From assembly GCF_004010195.1 (NCBI RefSeq), contig NC_057719.1, positions 28,757,309-28,821,308 on the forward strand: a DNA stretch of 64,000 nucleotides, given 5' to 3'. The translations under genes and the position numbers were made by a program. This DNA is from Chiloscyllium plagiosum (lineage: Eukaryota). This document shows positions 1 to 12,310 of this stretch, piece by piece. Numbering within the stretch: the first letter of the stretch is position 1; each line of letters opens with the position of its first letter. The notes below the pieces were generated by a model that searched no databases, was not told where the DNA came from, and worked only from the letters and a program-made list of their open reading frames with translations.

Positions 1-285
1 ACGTTGCTGGGTATGGAAAGTTTGACTTATAGAAAAAGGCTGGGATTATTTTCACTGGAGCATAGGAGGTTGAGAGGCGACCTTATAGAAGGAGAGTATA
101 AATAAGGTTAATGATAGTTGGCTTTTCCCTAGGATGGTAGATTTTAAGACTAAAGAGCACATTTTTAAGGTGAGACAATAGTGATTTAAAAAAAGATATG
201 AGGGACATTTTTTTTTACACAGAGTAGTTTGCATGTGGAATTAACTTTGTGAGAAAGTGGTGGATGTGGACACAACTACAATGTC
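1..285 (+). mobile_element. CR1 LINE 3' fragment
   Basis: gggattattttcactggagcataggaggttgagaggcgaccttataga (LFSLEHRRLRGDL motif), same as other CR1 3' ends in the window. Confidence 0.85.
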
Positions 286-344
286 TTGACAATGTCCCGT
301 ACAACTGTCAGATAACATTATACATTTATATTCCATTTCCACTA

Positions 345-2205
345 CAATAAACAACAGTTTTTCATTTGCCTTCCAAATCACTTGATGTAGTAAATCCAAG
401 AAACTCAAGTAACTGGACACCCAGATTCCTTTGTACCTCAGAGTTCTGTAATCTTTCCTGAAGAAAATAATGACTATTTTACTATTCTTCCTGCAACATC
501 TAATTTTTCCCACACGCTTGAACAATATTTCAATATTCCTACTGGACATCTTATGTCCTCTTCATTTGGTTCCTTCATCTGAGTCATTAATGTAGATTTT
601 AAATGATTGAGCCCCAGCACTGGTAAGCTTTGCACTCTGTTCATCACATTTTGCCAATGCAAAAGTGATGCATTTATGCCGACTTTCAATCTCATGTTAG
701 CTAACCAATCTTCTAGCCTCGTTCTATTCATATACATAACAAACACTTAGTCTGAATAGCAACCTTTGATGTGACAATTTGTCAAATGGCGTCTTGAAAT
801 TTAAATACAGCAGATCCATGTGTTCCCTTTTAACCATGTTGCTTGTTACTTTCTCAAAACTATTTCAATAAATTAGTCAACCATAATTTCCTTTTCACAA
901 AGCCATGTTGATTCTGTCCAATTATACTGAGTTACTCTAAGTAGTCTGCCACATTCTAAATAAAGGATTCCAGCATTTTCCCCTGATTAATGTTAAGTTA
1001 ACTGACCTGTAGCTTCCAGAGTTCTGTTTCCACTCCTGTTCTCTCGAATACAGGAGTCATATTCTCTATTTTTTCAATCTGAAGGGACCTTTCCAGAATC
1101 TAGGGAATCTGTGAAAATTAAAACCAATACAACTACTATTTGAGGAGGCACTTCTTTTAAGACCCAAGGTTGAAGTTCATCAGGACCCAGGGAATTGTCT
1201 GCTTCTGGTTTCAAATAATTTTCTCAGTACATTTTCACTGATTAATGAAATGTTAAAAATTCATTCATGAAATGTACATGTTGCTTGCTGGCTCAGTATT
1301 TATTGCCAACCCTAGTTGCCCTTGAGATGGTGATGGAGAGTTGCCCTTTGAACCACTGCAGTCCATTCAGTTTAGGTACACCACACTGCCAAAAGGGAGG
1401 GAGCTCACTTAAACAACTTCATTTATTTTAAGTTTCACCCTTCCTTTTACATCCTGATACATACTTTTTTCTGGGAGATTATTTGTATTCTCTATAGTGA
1501 CAGTGAAGCAAAATATCTATTCAATTTATTGCCATTTCCTTATCTTCCATTATTGATTCACCAGATTCACTCTCTCTAGAGGACCAACACACACTTTACT
1601 TTTCATTATCTTTTTAAATACCTGTAGAAACCCTTACCAACTGATTTTATATTTCTAGCTAACTTTCTATGTATTCTATTTCTCCTTCCTTATTAACCTT
1701 TTGCTCTTTCTTTGCTTTTTCTTTATCTTCTGCCCAATTTTCTGACTTGCCACTCATCTTTGTAGAATTATCATTTTGCTTCAATTCAATATCATCTTTA
1801 ACTTACTTAGTAGCCATACTGGTGTAACCATCCCTTACAGTCTTTCTTTACACCAGAATGTAACTTCTCTGATTATTCTGAAATATCTCCTGCCACTGCA
1901 ACTCTACTGACCAATCCCTAATCTAATTTCCTAATTTCTTTTTACAGCTCTGTTTTTATGCCCTCATAATTGCCTCTATTTATGTTTTAAACACTAATGT
2001 TAGATCCACTCTTCACTCTCAAACTGAATATGATATTCAATCATATTATAATCACTGCTATTGAGGGGTGCCTTTATTATGAGGTTATTAATTATATCTG
2101 GGTTTTTTGCCTTCGTTCAGGGTTGTGGTCTTGCTGGCTGAGCCAACATTTATTGCCCATCCCATATGAACACTATCAGATACATAGCTTGCTCTAGAAC
2201 ATGCT
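345..2205 (-). mobile_element. Old decayed CR1 ORF2 fragment
   Basis: Reverse strand of about 870-920 gives QHGFVKRKLWLTNL (CR1 RT QHGF...CLTNL motif); many stops. Confidence 0.75.
1255..1405 (-). mobile_element. 3' tail of the CR1/L2-group LINE family seen at 16295-17480
   Basis: Reverse complement ctcaagggcaactagggttggcaataaatactg...atgaatgaa matches 17406-17478. Confidence 0.7.
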
Positions 2206-2212
2206 GCTCAGA

Positions 2213-2458
2213 GGGGAGGCAATGGCCTAGTGATTTTATCGCTGGATTGTTAATCTAAATCACTGGATTATGTTCTGGGGATCCGGGTTCAAATCCAGGA
2301 ACTCATTTAGGGAAGAAAACTGCCCATAGTCTGGCACACGTGACTATAGACCTACAGCAATGTGGTTGACTCTTAACTGCCCTCAGGACAATTAGGGATG
2401 GGCAATAAGTACTAGCCTAGCCAGTGACAACCTCATCCCATGAATGAATTTTTTTTAA
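2213..2458 (+). mobile_element. tRNA-derived Deu-core SINE (SacSINE1-like)
   Basis: A-box tggcctagtg, B-box ggttcaaatcc, core gtgact...cagcaatgtggttgactcttaactgccctc, tail gggcaataa...catcccatgaatgaa. Confidence 0.75.
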
Positions 2459-2818
2459 AACTGCCCTCAAAATACTCCATAAGCTCATCCCCCCAGACTA
2501 CTTATGTCAATCTGATTCATTCAATTTTTGTCAATTAAAATCATCCATGACTATCACATTTCTCACAAGCCCCCATTATTTTTTCCTGTTTTCCCCCATC
2601 CTACAATGTGACTCCTGTTGGCAAATTATACACCAACCATAGTAGCAACTTTTGACCTTTACTGTTACTGATCTCGACAAAAACAAATTCTAGATCTTGC
2701 GAGTTCAAAATGAAGCCATTTCTCTCAATTAAACCATTGTCATCCATGATTTAAAAAATTCCCGCCAACTTTTCAAACTTCCTAGCTTTCCCAAATGTCA
2801 CATATCTTACAATATTTG

Positions 2819-3475
2819 TTTAAAATCACAAAACACCAGGTTATAGTCCAACAGGTTTAATTGGAAGCACACTAGCTTTCGGAGCGATGCTCATTCACAA
2901 TCACCTGATGAAGGAGCGTCGCTCCGAAAGCTAGTGCTTCCAATTAAACCTGTTGGACTATAACCTGGTGTTGTGTGATTTTTAACTTTGTACACCCCAG
3001 TACAACACCGGCATCTCCAAATCATGACTACAATATTTGTATTTGCAGAATTTTATTTGCAGATGCATTCTATTTTGCTCGAAAAATACACAATCTGCAG
3101 GCAGTCAATACATCGCATATCTTGTAAATTCCACTTTGGAAATAGAACCAGTCTGACTCCAGATTGGGATACAGACAGACTCTGACCTCACACCTTTAAT
3201 GCATTGTCTGAATTGAGATGTCACCTTTTGTTATTAAACCTTAACTTATCCTGAGAAGATGACTTAAAAGTAATTCTGGGATTTACATATTAATGAACCA
3301 AAACCTGCAACCAAATCTAAAAGAATAGTTGCATAACACTGTAATCTTTTGCTATAAATTCTGTCTTATGATCTTATACTCCACAACCAATTGATGAAGG
3401 AGCAGGGTTCCAAAAGCTAGTGCTTCCAAATAAACCTGTTGGACTATAACCTGGTGTTGTGCGATTTCTAACTTT
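2819..3475. mobile_element. Penelope-like element terminal (pLTR) remnants, family A, with fold-back at 2819-2988
   Basis: aaatcacaaaacaccaggttatagtccaacaggtttaattggaagcac is inverted to gtgcttccaattaaacctgttggactataacctggtgttgtgtgatttt; same terminus as the RT/GIY-YIG element at 12311-14312. Confidence 0.85.
2902..2936 (+). ncRNA. Minimal type I hammerhead ribozyme motif (PLE family A)
   Basis: CAC-CUGAUGA-A-GGAGC-GUC-GCUCC-GAAA-GC-UA-GUG: intact core, stem II GGAGC/GCUCC, stem I CAC/GUG, palindromic AGCU stem III. Confidence 0.75.
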
Positions 3476-4085
3476 ATAATATTTACATTCCCCTCTATCA
3501 TCTTGCAACTATTAAACAGTGTTGGGTAAATGAAAGTCAAGAGTTACAAATTGTAACATGTGTTTCAAAAGCCAAATGGTACAATCTTGCAGGTAATGTC
3601 TGTTAGATATTTTATCCAATATTCCTTTCTATTGGCTTCAATGTCATCATCAACACTCAAAATCAAAATGATTATGACAGGTTAAATGACCTGAAAATAA
3701 TTTTCTTTTAAAGCTAATGGGAAATGAAAATGGGTGACTGAAATGAGAAGATTAGATCTGTTTTTAGTTTTTAAATGTTGTTCTCTCTTGCACTTCATTT
3801 TGATCAGAAAATTAAAATTATTTTCTTATATTTTGAGCTTTTATTTGTGATGAAGGGGATACATCCAAACCCTACTATATTTGTGGTGTTATCCATTCAA
3901 ATGCTTGCTATGATACTATTACATTTATCACTTCATCCATTAAAAATGTTTTTCAAAAAAGACATCTTTCCCGAAGCACAACCACAAACCATGGTTTCAC
4001 ATGAGCCTGTAGATCATATGAAAAACAATAAAACTAAGCAATTGCAGTTTAATGAGGTGCTCAAACACATTCTAGAATATATGTG

Positions 4086-4258
4086 CAGAGGAACCTCAAT
4101 TATCCGCATTCGATTATCCAAATATCAGATTATCCTGTAAGATCGCAAGGTCACGATGCTTGGCTAAACTATGTTATCTGGTATTCGATTATCTGGAATT
4201 CGATTAACCAAACAAAATACTCCCTGCCCATGTCCTTCGGATAATTAAGGTCCCTCTG
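4086..4258. mobile_element. MITE (Tc1/mariner-pogo type)
   Basis: TIRs cagaggaacctcaattatccg / cggataattaaggtccctctg followed by TA; internal gattatc repeats; related copy at 9654-9798. Confidence 0.7.
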
Positions 4259-4954
4259 TATTTAATCTGAATAACTTTAAACAAAACAGTGACTGCATTT
4301 TTAAAAAATTCACATAGTTTAACTAGGCATCTTAAGAATGTGGAAAGTGCTCTAGAAATTCTATTTCTTTTTATAGCACACGATGACGGGGAAGTAGCAG
4401 ATCTTAAAGGAAATGGCTGTGTTACATTTTTAAATAAAAAGCACAGTCAGATTTAATCTGCATTAGGGTATAACTCTTGTGAAATACCCGGATATCAATA
4501 GGAATTGAGCTAAACATCAGATATTGGATAAAAGTCTGATTCCATTGTTACACCAGACTGGGGTAGCGTGCTGTAAATGAAGACCCATTATTCACAGAGT
4601 TGAACCAAGTGGTAACTTCTTTTTTACTGGTACGCACAGCATCCCAATTAACCTGACTGTTAGACCAAAGTTGATAGAAAGCATGGAACAGGTCTCTGTG
4701 CTAACCAAGAATCATTATATCTAATTAGACTACAGCTAAAAGCAAAAAGATTTAAATTATTGGCATATAACATGACTAATTAAACCTCTAATCCCCTTAT
4801 AAACTATCTCTTATACACAAAAATATAGATTATTGACGGAGGTAGAGAAAAGCTGAAAATTCAATTCAGTGATCTTTGTTTCCTGATTCCGATGTTGAGA
4901 TAACTAGTTTTTGGCTAGTCCCAGGCCTTTGGTGATCAGTTAACTTGCTCTGGA

Positions 4955-5303
4955 AGCATGACAGGATAAGTAGATAAAGCCTTTTCCTTGGGGTTGGGGA
5001 GACCAGAACTAGAGGGCATAGGTTTAGGGTGAGAGGGGAAAGATATAAAAGAGACCTAAGGGGCAACATTTTCACATAGAGGGTGGTATGTGTATGGAAT
5101 GAACTACCAGAGGAAGTAGTGGAGGCTGGTACAATTGCAACATTTAAAAGGGTATATGAATGGTTAGGTCTATGAATAGGAAGGGTTTGGATGGATATGG
5201 GCTGGGTGCTGGCAGGTGGGGCTAGATTGGGTTGGGATATCTGGTCGGCCTGTATGAGTTGGACAGCAGGGTCTGTTTCGTGCTGTACATCTCTATGACT
5301 CTA
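4955..5303 (+). mobile_element. CR1 (HER1-like) 3' end
   Basis: ccagaactagagggcataggtttagggtgagaggggaaagatataaaagagacc...gggtctgtttcgtgctgtacatctctatgactcta. Confidence 0.92.
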
Positions 5304-5431
5304 AGCATCCATAGGTTTGTAAGAAGTACAGAGCGACTGATTCATTTAGAAAATGTCTTTGATTTATCCATTCAAAAGAAACAGCTCATAGCAATGGCTG
5401 TAGAAAAGGTAACTGGGTTTCTACAAGTTTA

Positions 5432-5937
5432 AAGTTAAAAATCACACAACATCAGGTTATAGTCCAACAAGTTTAATTAGAAGCACAAATAGCTTTCAGA
5501 GGTGGTTGTGGAGGACACAATCGTAAGACACAGAATTTATAGCAAAAGTTTACAGTGTGATGTAACTGAAATTATACATTAAAAAATACCTTGATTGTTT
5601 GTTGAGTCTTTCATCTGTAAGAATGATCATGATAGTTTCACTTCTTTCATATGCAAATCACAAAACTTTTTTTAAAAAAGTTACATTCTCAGGTTAACCG
5701 TAACAATTGGTGACAGCCAGATAATATGTTGAAGCTGTTAACCCCCTGTGTTCCCTGTCTGTGCCATAATGTTTAGACTGATTCTAATCTAAAAAGTGAG
5801 TTTACAGAGTCTTACAAGGATTCATGCAGTACAATGTACCTCTGCAAGCACTTCCAATTAAACCTGTTGGACTATAACCTGGTGTTGGGTGTACAAAGTT
5901 AAAAATCACACTGGTCCAACACCAGCATCTCCAAATC
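5432..5937. mobile_element. PLE family A terminal remnant with inverted ends
   Basis: aagttaaaaatcacacaacatcaggttatagtccaac at left; cttccaattaaacctgttggactataacctggtgttg at right. Confidence 0.8.
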
Positions 5938-6489
5938 ACCAAGTTTTGTGTTACTGCAGAGAACATGTAGCTTCCGCTGGAGAGAACAGCAGAACACATC
6001 CTGCTTCTTGTTCTCTGTGTTTGTGTTTGTAACTTATTTCCAGTTCACTCAGAAACAATCAGCTTCAACTCTTCCATTCCTGATCGTCTGCGCAATGCAG
6101 GAATCCATAGCCACACAAAAAAATACAATAGTTCACCATAGGTATCTAATTCAGTGTTGTGAAATTAAGCAGCCATTCTGGTCAACGCCTTTGCTTTTCA
6201 AAAAACGGTTCTTTCTCATTGCAGACCACAAAATTTAAAGACATAAAAAGAAAAAAAGCACAGTACAAAATAAATTAGTTCACTTCACAACTGAAAACCA
6301 TTAACCACTAGTCTCGATGTTGGGAAAGTTCATAGAAGACATTTTTAGTAGTGCCAGAAATGACCATCTGTAAGTCTGAAATGGTATACTGGAATAGCAT
6401 AAATGAAACAGAATGAAGTGAAACAGATGATGTATCCAAATGAAGTAGACTAAATCTAATCCAGTTGATCAAAGTGATTCATCTATTAT

Positions 6490-6972
6490 GTTAAAAATCT
6501 CACAATACCAGGTATAGTCAAACAGGTTTATTTGGAAGCTTTCTGAGCACTGCTGCTTCATCAGGTAGCTGTGGAGCAGGATCATAAGAGACAGAACTTA
6601 TAGCAAAAGATCACAGTGTCATGCAACTGAAATGATACATTGAACAAACCTAGATTGCTGTTCTCGAGTGACTTGAATGTGATTTAAAAGAAGTTCTGGG
6701 ATTTACATATTAATGAACTGAAACCTGCAACCCATTCTAAAAAGATGAAAGACTGAACAGTGATCCAGATTTGTTCAATATATTGTTTCAGTTGCATGAC
6801 ACTGTGATCTTTTGCTATAAAGACTGTGTCTTATGATCATGCTCCACAGTTACGTGATGAAGGAGCAGCGCTCTGAAAGCTAGTACTTCCAAATAAACCT
6901 GTTGGACTATAACCTATTTTTTTTTTAATTTTAAACTTTATCCACCCCAGTCCAGCACCAGCACCTCCACAT
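6490..6972. mobile_element. PLE family A fold-back element
   Basis: About 170-bp inverted arms (e.g. tagcaaaagatcacagtgtcatgcaactgaaa / tttcagttgcatgacactgtgatcttttgcta); degenerate hammerhead near 6851-6886. Confidence 0.85.
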
Positions 6973-7895
6973 CTTATCTATAATGGACCATCAATTTGGA
7001 TTTCTGAAATATTATTGATAAATGCCTCTTGAAGAATTGTTGATAGTAATTAAGTCCTTAAGTGAAGAATTAACTGGCAAGATGGATAACAAATTACCTA
7101 CATGTTGTAAACGATGGGTGGTTTAAGTGCAGTTGACGAATTTTGATCACATGAGATGCTCCAATGATAAGAACCTGTTCTCTTCTATTAATTATATTCA
7201 TTAACAATGTGCGGGGTGTAGGGAATCAAATTAACAAATTATACAAAATCATGTGGTATCAGGAATTCAGGAATAAAACTGGAAATGCATCTAGGAAATG
7301 GGTATTTGAAAATAAATGTCAGGTGTGACAGTAATAAGTGACATCTATTTTCTTTTTTTATAATATGGAACACTTTGGGTTTGAACGTAAAAAGAAAAGA
7401 AGTTAGGCTAAATCTTTACAAATCACAGCTGTCTCAGAGGAAATGCTGTGTATAATTCTGGGCAATATATTTTAAGAAAATAAAAGCAAAATGCTATGGA
7501 TGCTGAAAATCTGAAACACACACAGAAAATGACAGAGAAATTCAGCAGATCTGGCAGCACACATGCCAATACAAGCTGAGTTAACGTTTTGAGTGAGTCA
7601 CATCAGAATTGAAACATTAATCCAATGTTGCAGTTCCTTGTCAAAGATATTCATAGTATGGTTCAAAAGTTAATAAACAAACCCACTAGAAGACTTCTAA
7701 CAAAAAAAGTATGCATTGAAAAGGAAATACTTTTTAATTTTTTAAGCATTATGTTGCCGATTGCATATAGCAAGCAATTTGTGTTGACGCAAATGAGTTA
7801 GCTACAAGTAATAGGGACTCCATTCACAAAACTAAATATACATTTAAGCAAAGGCCATGAAGAAAGGAATTTTAAATTAAGATCAACTGACTGAC

Positions 7896-7999
7896 CAGTT
7901 TTAGTTTGTTTCTGTAAATAATATCTTTATTGTCCTTCTGGTACTGCTCCATTTTTCTTTTGGTGTTCTCTACATCAATATTGTTGGTCAAATTATTCA
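7896..7999 (-). CDS. MNAT1: MNAT1 coding exon 4
   Basis: Acceptor tttttacag|TG, donor CTG|GTCAGT; 104 nt. Encodes [35 protein letters not shown]. Later exons not found in the window. Confidence 0.97.
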
Positions 8000-8594
8000 C
8001 TGTAAAAAGAAATCATAATACACTGTAAGTTGAACTATTATCCAATATCACTTGTCCCCCAAATTGCAAATAACCATCTTATTTCCTTGCATAATACAAT
8101 TTTCTAAAGCTTTCAGCATTCATTTATGTATAAGGCAACAATTTCAGGAAACAAGATAAATCACCAAAAATCAAATTGAAATAATGCTACATTTCCAAGC
8201 AAGTTCTCCATAAAAGTTAGAGAATAATGTGGCTTAATGCATACATTAAAATAAACTATTCAAGAGGGGGTTTTAAATTCATAAACTGAGTTCTGAGTCA
8301 CAAGGAGCATCATATAGATTTATATTCCATGGTTTTCAATACTTCATAGGACCAAGGTACATTAGACAACTTGGCAAGATAGGAGCCCATGGGATTGGGG
8401 TAAGATATTCACATGGATGGAGAATTGGCTAGCTAACAGAAGACAGTCAGAATAAGTGGGAGCGGGGTGTATTTTCAGGCCAGCAAGCTGTAAATAATGG
8501 AGCACTGGGCTCACAATTATTTACAGTAGATGTTGATGATTTGAATGAGGAAAGTAAATATATTATACCAGATGACACAAAAATAGGTGCAAGA

Positions 8595-8783
8595 TTAGAG
8601 CAGTGCTGGAAATACACAGCAGGTCAGGCAACATCCGAGGAGCAGGAAAATCAACTTTTCGGGCAGGAGCCCTTCATCAGGAACATTGATTTTCCTGCTC
8701 CTCGGATGGTGCCTGACCTGCTCTGCTTTTCCAGCACCACTCTAACCTTGACTCTAATCTCCAGCACCTGCAGTCCTCACTTT
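8595..8783. mobile_element. PLE-derived fold-back element (family C) with minus-strand hammerhead at about 8650-8683
   Basis: Arms ttagag..tgctggaaa..cagcaggtcaggcaacatccgaggagcaggaaaatcaa / ttgattttcctgctcctcggatggtgcctgacctgc..ttccagcaccactctaa. Minus strand CUGAUGA-A-GGGC-UCCU-GCCC-GAAA-AG-UU. Same terminus as 45898-46648. Confidence 0.8.
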
Positions 8784-9087
8784 TGCCTCGACAAAAATAG
8801 GTGGTCAGGCAAATGGAGAAGACGACACAACGACTCTGCAGGAGGGATACAGACAGATTGAGTGAGTGGGCAAAACTTGGCAGATGGAATATTGAAAAAT
8901 GTGAGGTTATGAGGTTTGGCAGCATGAATAGAGAAGCTGAATATTACTTAAATCGAGAAAAACTGCAGGAAGTTACAGAATATTTGGATTTGGGAGTCCT
9001 TGTCCATGAATCACAAAAAGCTAGCATTCAAGTATAGCAGATAATCAAGAAGGCAAATGCAATGCTGGCCTTTATTTTAAAGGGATT

Positions 9088-9408
9088 AGATCAGATTAGA
9101 TTAGATTAGATTAGATTAGATTACTTACAGTGTGGAAACAGGTCCTTCGGCCCAACAAGTCCACACCGACCAGCCAAAGCGCAACCCACCCATACCCCTA
9201 CATGTACCTCTTTTTACCTAACACTACGGGCAATTTAGCATGGCCAATTCACCTGACCTGCACATCTCTGGACTGTGGGAGGAAACCCACGCAGACACGG
9301 GGAGAATGTGCAAACGCCACACAGTCAGTCGCCTGAGTTGGGAATTGAACCCGGGTCTCTGGCGCTGTGAGGCAGCAGTGCTAACCACTGTGCCATCGTG
9401 CCGCCCAC
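9088..9408 (-). mobile_element. HE1-type V-SINE
   Basis: tRNA head gggcggcacgatggcacagtggttagcactgctgcc..gggttcaattcc, V-core, (TAATC)n tail; TSD-like aagggatt (9080-9087) / aagggaat (9409-9416). Confidence 0.92.
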
Positions 9409-9653
9409 AAGGGAATGGAGTATAAAAGAATGAATTTTTGCTAAAACTGTACAAGACACTAGTCAGCTTACAGCTGATATACTGAACACTTTTGGTTGCA
9501 AAAGATAAGACTCTTATGTGGTAACACTCTTATCTGATGAAAGATATACTTGGTTTGAATCAACAGAAGGTTCACTAGACTGATATCAGGTATGGATGGA
9601 CTGTGACTTATGCTGGGCTGCAGTCATTCAAATGTCAACCTTATTGCAACGTA

Positions 9654-9798
9654 CATGGCAACCTCGATTATCCGAACAACACGGGCGGGGAGTATTTTGT
9701 GCAGATAATCGAATATTCAGATAATACAGTTTACCCAAGCATCAGAATCTTGAGATCTTGTTTAGATAATCAAAGTTCAGATAATTGAGGTTGCCCTG
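9654..9798. mobile_element. MITE (Tc1/mariner-pogo type), TA TSD
   Basis: ta|catggcaacctcgattatccgaac ... gttcagataattgaggttgccctg|ta. Confidence 0.8.
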
Positions 9799-10685
9799 TA
9801 CTTGACAGGGTAGATGTGGAAAGACTGGTTTCACATTGTGGGATAGTCTAGGACCAGAGGGCTTAATCTCATAATAAGTGGTCACATATTTAAGGCACAG
9901 ATGAGAAAGAATTTCTTCCCTCAGATGGTTGTGAATCTGTGGAATTCTATACCAGAGGGTTGTTCAGACCAGATCGTTAAGTGTATTCAAAGCTAAGACA
10001 GTTGGATTTTTTATCAGTTTGGAAATCAAGCATTAGGGCGAAACAGCATAAAGCAGAGTTGAGTATTATTACGTTAGCCATGCTCTCATTGAATGGTGGA
10101 GCATTACTTACTTCTGCTCCTATGTCTTACTGTCTTACATTTTAAGGCTGTTTCCATGGCATAAAATAGACTAATTCATAGAAAACAAACAGGATACAGT
10201 CAAATAAATATTTGAACTACAGGTGCTTTTTTTTAAACCCCTAAAAAAAAGTGCCTTAGTTCATTTAGCAATTACATTTTGTTTCACTGTTACTGAAGCA
10301 CATATTTTGCTTCCTTTGATGCATTGGATGTTAACATTTCCATTCACATACAGTCAAGTAATTTTGCTGAGAACTCACACTGCTATGGAACAAAGTGATG
10401 GTCAATTTACTTGGGAGCCAGCCAAAATCTACATTGTAAGAAAGAGTCAAGTGGGTGACTCCATAAGATCAACACAGGTGGATCTCTTCTAGAATCACAT
10501 TATCTTTAGCCACATGACAGTGTGTCAAAATACCTTAAACAATCAAAACAACACCTGGCAGACTGCATTTTAGCCTGTCAATCTACAGTTTTGGTATACG
10601 AAGCGCTGTCTAAAGCACACAGCTGAAACCTTACATTTGGCTGCAAGTCAGAGAGTTCCAACAGTGAAGTGGCTAAATAACTGAC

Positions 10686-10899
10686 AAAAAAAATCAAAAG
10701 AACTGTGAATGCTGGAAATCTGAAATGAAAACAGAAATTTCTGGAAAATCTCAGCAGTTCTAGCAACATCTGTGGAAAGAAAGTAGAGTTAATGTTTTGG
10801 GTCCACTGACCCTTCTTCAGAACTGAAATTGAATTGGAGATTTCTCTCCAGAGATGCTACCAGACCTGCTGAGATTTTCCAGCAATTTCAGTTTTTGTT
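10686..10899. mobile_element. PLE-derived fold-back element (family D)
   Basis: Arms ctggaaaatctcagcagttctagcaacatctgtgga / tccagagatgctaccagacctgctgagattttccag; minus-strand CUGAAGA-A-GGGUC-AGUG-GACCC-AAAA-CAUU (degenerate hammerhead). Confidence 0.75.
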
Positions 10900-11044
10900 G
10901 GCTAAATAACTGGAATGGTAATCTATGGAATCTCAGTTGAATCTGCAGTGTACCAGTTCGAGAATTTGCATTAAGAAATTTTAAAAATACAAGTCTGGAA
11001 ATTATAAGTTGGTGTGTGCTACTACAGTAAAGCTATTTAGTGTT

Positions 11045-11300
11045 TTAAAGATCCAAATCATTCGCAAGTTACTTTTAGGGAATTAAATCTCCTATCGCTA
11101 TCTGAGTTGGCCTTTATATTACTTCAGTCATAAACCACTATTAATGATTGTCTGATGTGGTTTAGTAAATCACCCCAGTGTGTCTAACCACCATACAGCA
11201 AGCTTCAAGCAGGTGGCCCACCACTACTTTCTCATGACAACTAAGTTTAGGGAATAAATCCAGTCTTGGCAGTGATTTCCCCATCCAAGAATGAGTTTGA
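11045..11300 (+). mobile_element. Old Deu-core SINE remnant
   Basis: tttagggaattaaatctcctatcgctatctgagttggcctttat...gggaataaatccagtcttggcagtgatttcccatccaagaatga resembles 54700-54870. Confidence 0.5.
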
Positions 11301-11874
11301 AAAGTATTCACTCTTCTACATGGCATTTGGGCAAATACCATAACATTTAGAGAACATCCCATTACCTTCATCACGATCTGTTTCAGCATGTTTTCCCATC
11401 ACAAAGACATAATTCACATCCTTCCCACTATATCATCTGAATCCAATATCTTACTGATAAAAATAAAATAATTGGACTAGGCATTGAGATCCAAGAAAAC
11501 CAGGCATCTTCCCACAAAGCAAATTTCTGTTTCAACTGGTATTTTGAGTAAAACAATTGGGAAAATAAAGAAGAAATAGGGCAAGCTGCTTATACTGCAT
11601 TTATCAACACAAGTTCATGTATTTGAAAATGTTAAATATTTCAGTAAATTCCACAAAAGCTGAATTGATGAGATTCCAATTTTAAAAATGACAATGTATC
11701 AGTTTAATTTGGGCAACATAATCCAATTATATTTGCCTCTGATTAATTGTTAGACGTATCATGTTGGACTACTTCCAGGAATTATTAAGCCTGGTCTTTG
11801 GATACACATGTATTGCTGAATTGATTAAATATTTGTGTCTTGCTTCATAGACTTTCTTCATATTTCAGACTTAC

Positions 11875-11948
11875 CAATATCTTCAACCTCTTCAAGAAAA
11901 TCATTGTATTCTTTCAAAGTACAAAAGTCGTCTTCTCTTTTGTTGTAT
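11875..11948 (-). CDS. MNAT1: MNAT1 coding exon 3
   Basis: Acceptor ataaag|A, donor G|GTAAGT; 74 nt. Encodes [24 protein letters not shown] (human [24 protein letters not shown]). Confidence 0.97.
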
Positions 11949-12310
11949 CTTTATATCCAAAAGAAACATAAAGAGGGTTATGAGCAGATTAAATATCTAA
12001 ATTATTTTTCATTGTAAGCATTATAAATGACTTTATACCAATTAAATAAAAATAATTGAATTTTACACATTATGTGTAAAATTAACTTATTTCGGGATAT
12101 AATTTGTGCACTGCAGCTGAAAGAGAGTGCCCCTCATCAAAATTAATGAATAACTGTTTTAGTACCAGGTTTACCAAAGGGTTTTCTTTACACACCAACA
12201 TGACTGGTACTGATGTATGCTAGACAGCTGGACTCAAGAAGGTACCTGCTTTGACTTTAAGGAATCACACACTGATGGAGCATTCTGAAAACAGTTGATC
12301 AACGTTGTGA

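Larger units (their letters stand above)
4478..6289. mobile_element. Possible solo LTR (about 950 bp net) interrupted by CR1 and PLE insertions
   Basis: Termini TGTGAA...TTCACA form a 6-bp inverted repeat. No clean TSD (actct vs actga). Confidence 0.35.
8372..10138 (+). mobile_element. CR1 ORF2 RT-to-3' fragment hosting three nested insertions
   Basis: ORF track DDTKIG, DTDRLSEWAK..W...KCEVMRFG, DLGVLVHESQKAS; 3' end ctcattgaatggtggagc...ctcctatgtctta. Confidence 0.88.

Noticed and set aside
5990..6030. Minus-strand ACAGAGAACAAGAAGCA resembling the start of MNAT1 exon 5 (TREQEE)
   Set aside because: Reads HREQEAGC with no valid acceptor and no further similarity. Exon 5 is presumably left of the window.
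2819..6972. Recurring ccaggttatagtccaacagg units suggestive of a CRISPR-like array
   Set aside because: Irregular spacing, both orientations and a eukaryotic context; they are PLE termini.
9088..9408. tRNA-like A/B boxes here and at 2213, 38495, 47697, 49245, 54528 and 60097
   Set aside because: These are SINE heads followed by V or Deu cores and LINE tails, not cloverleaf tRNA genes.
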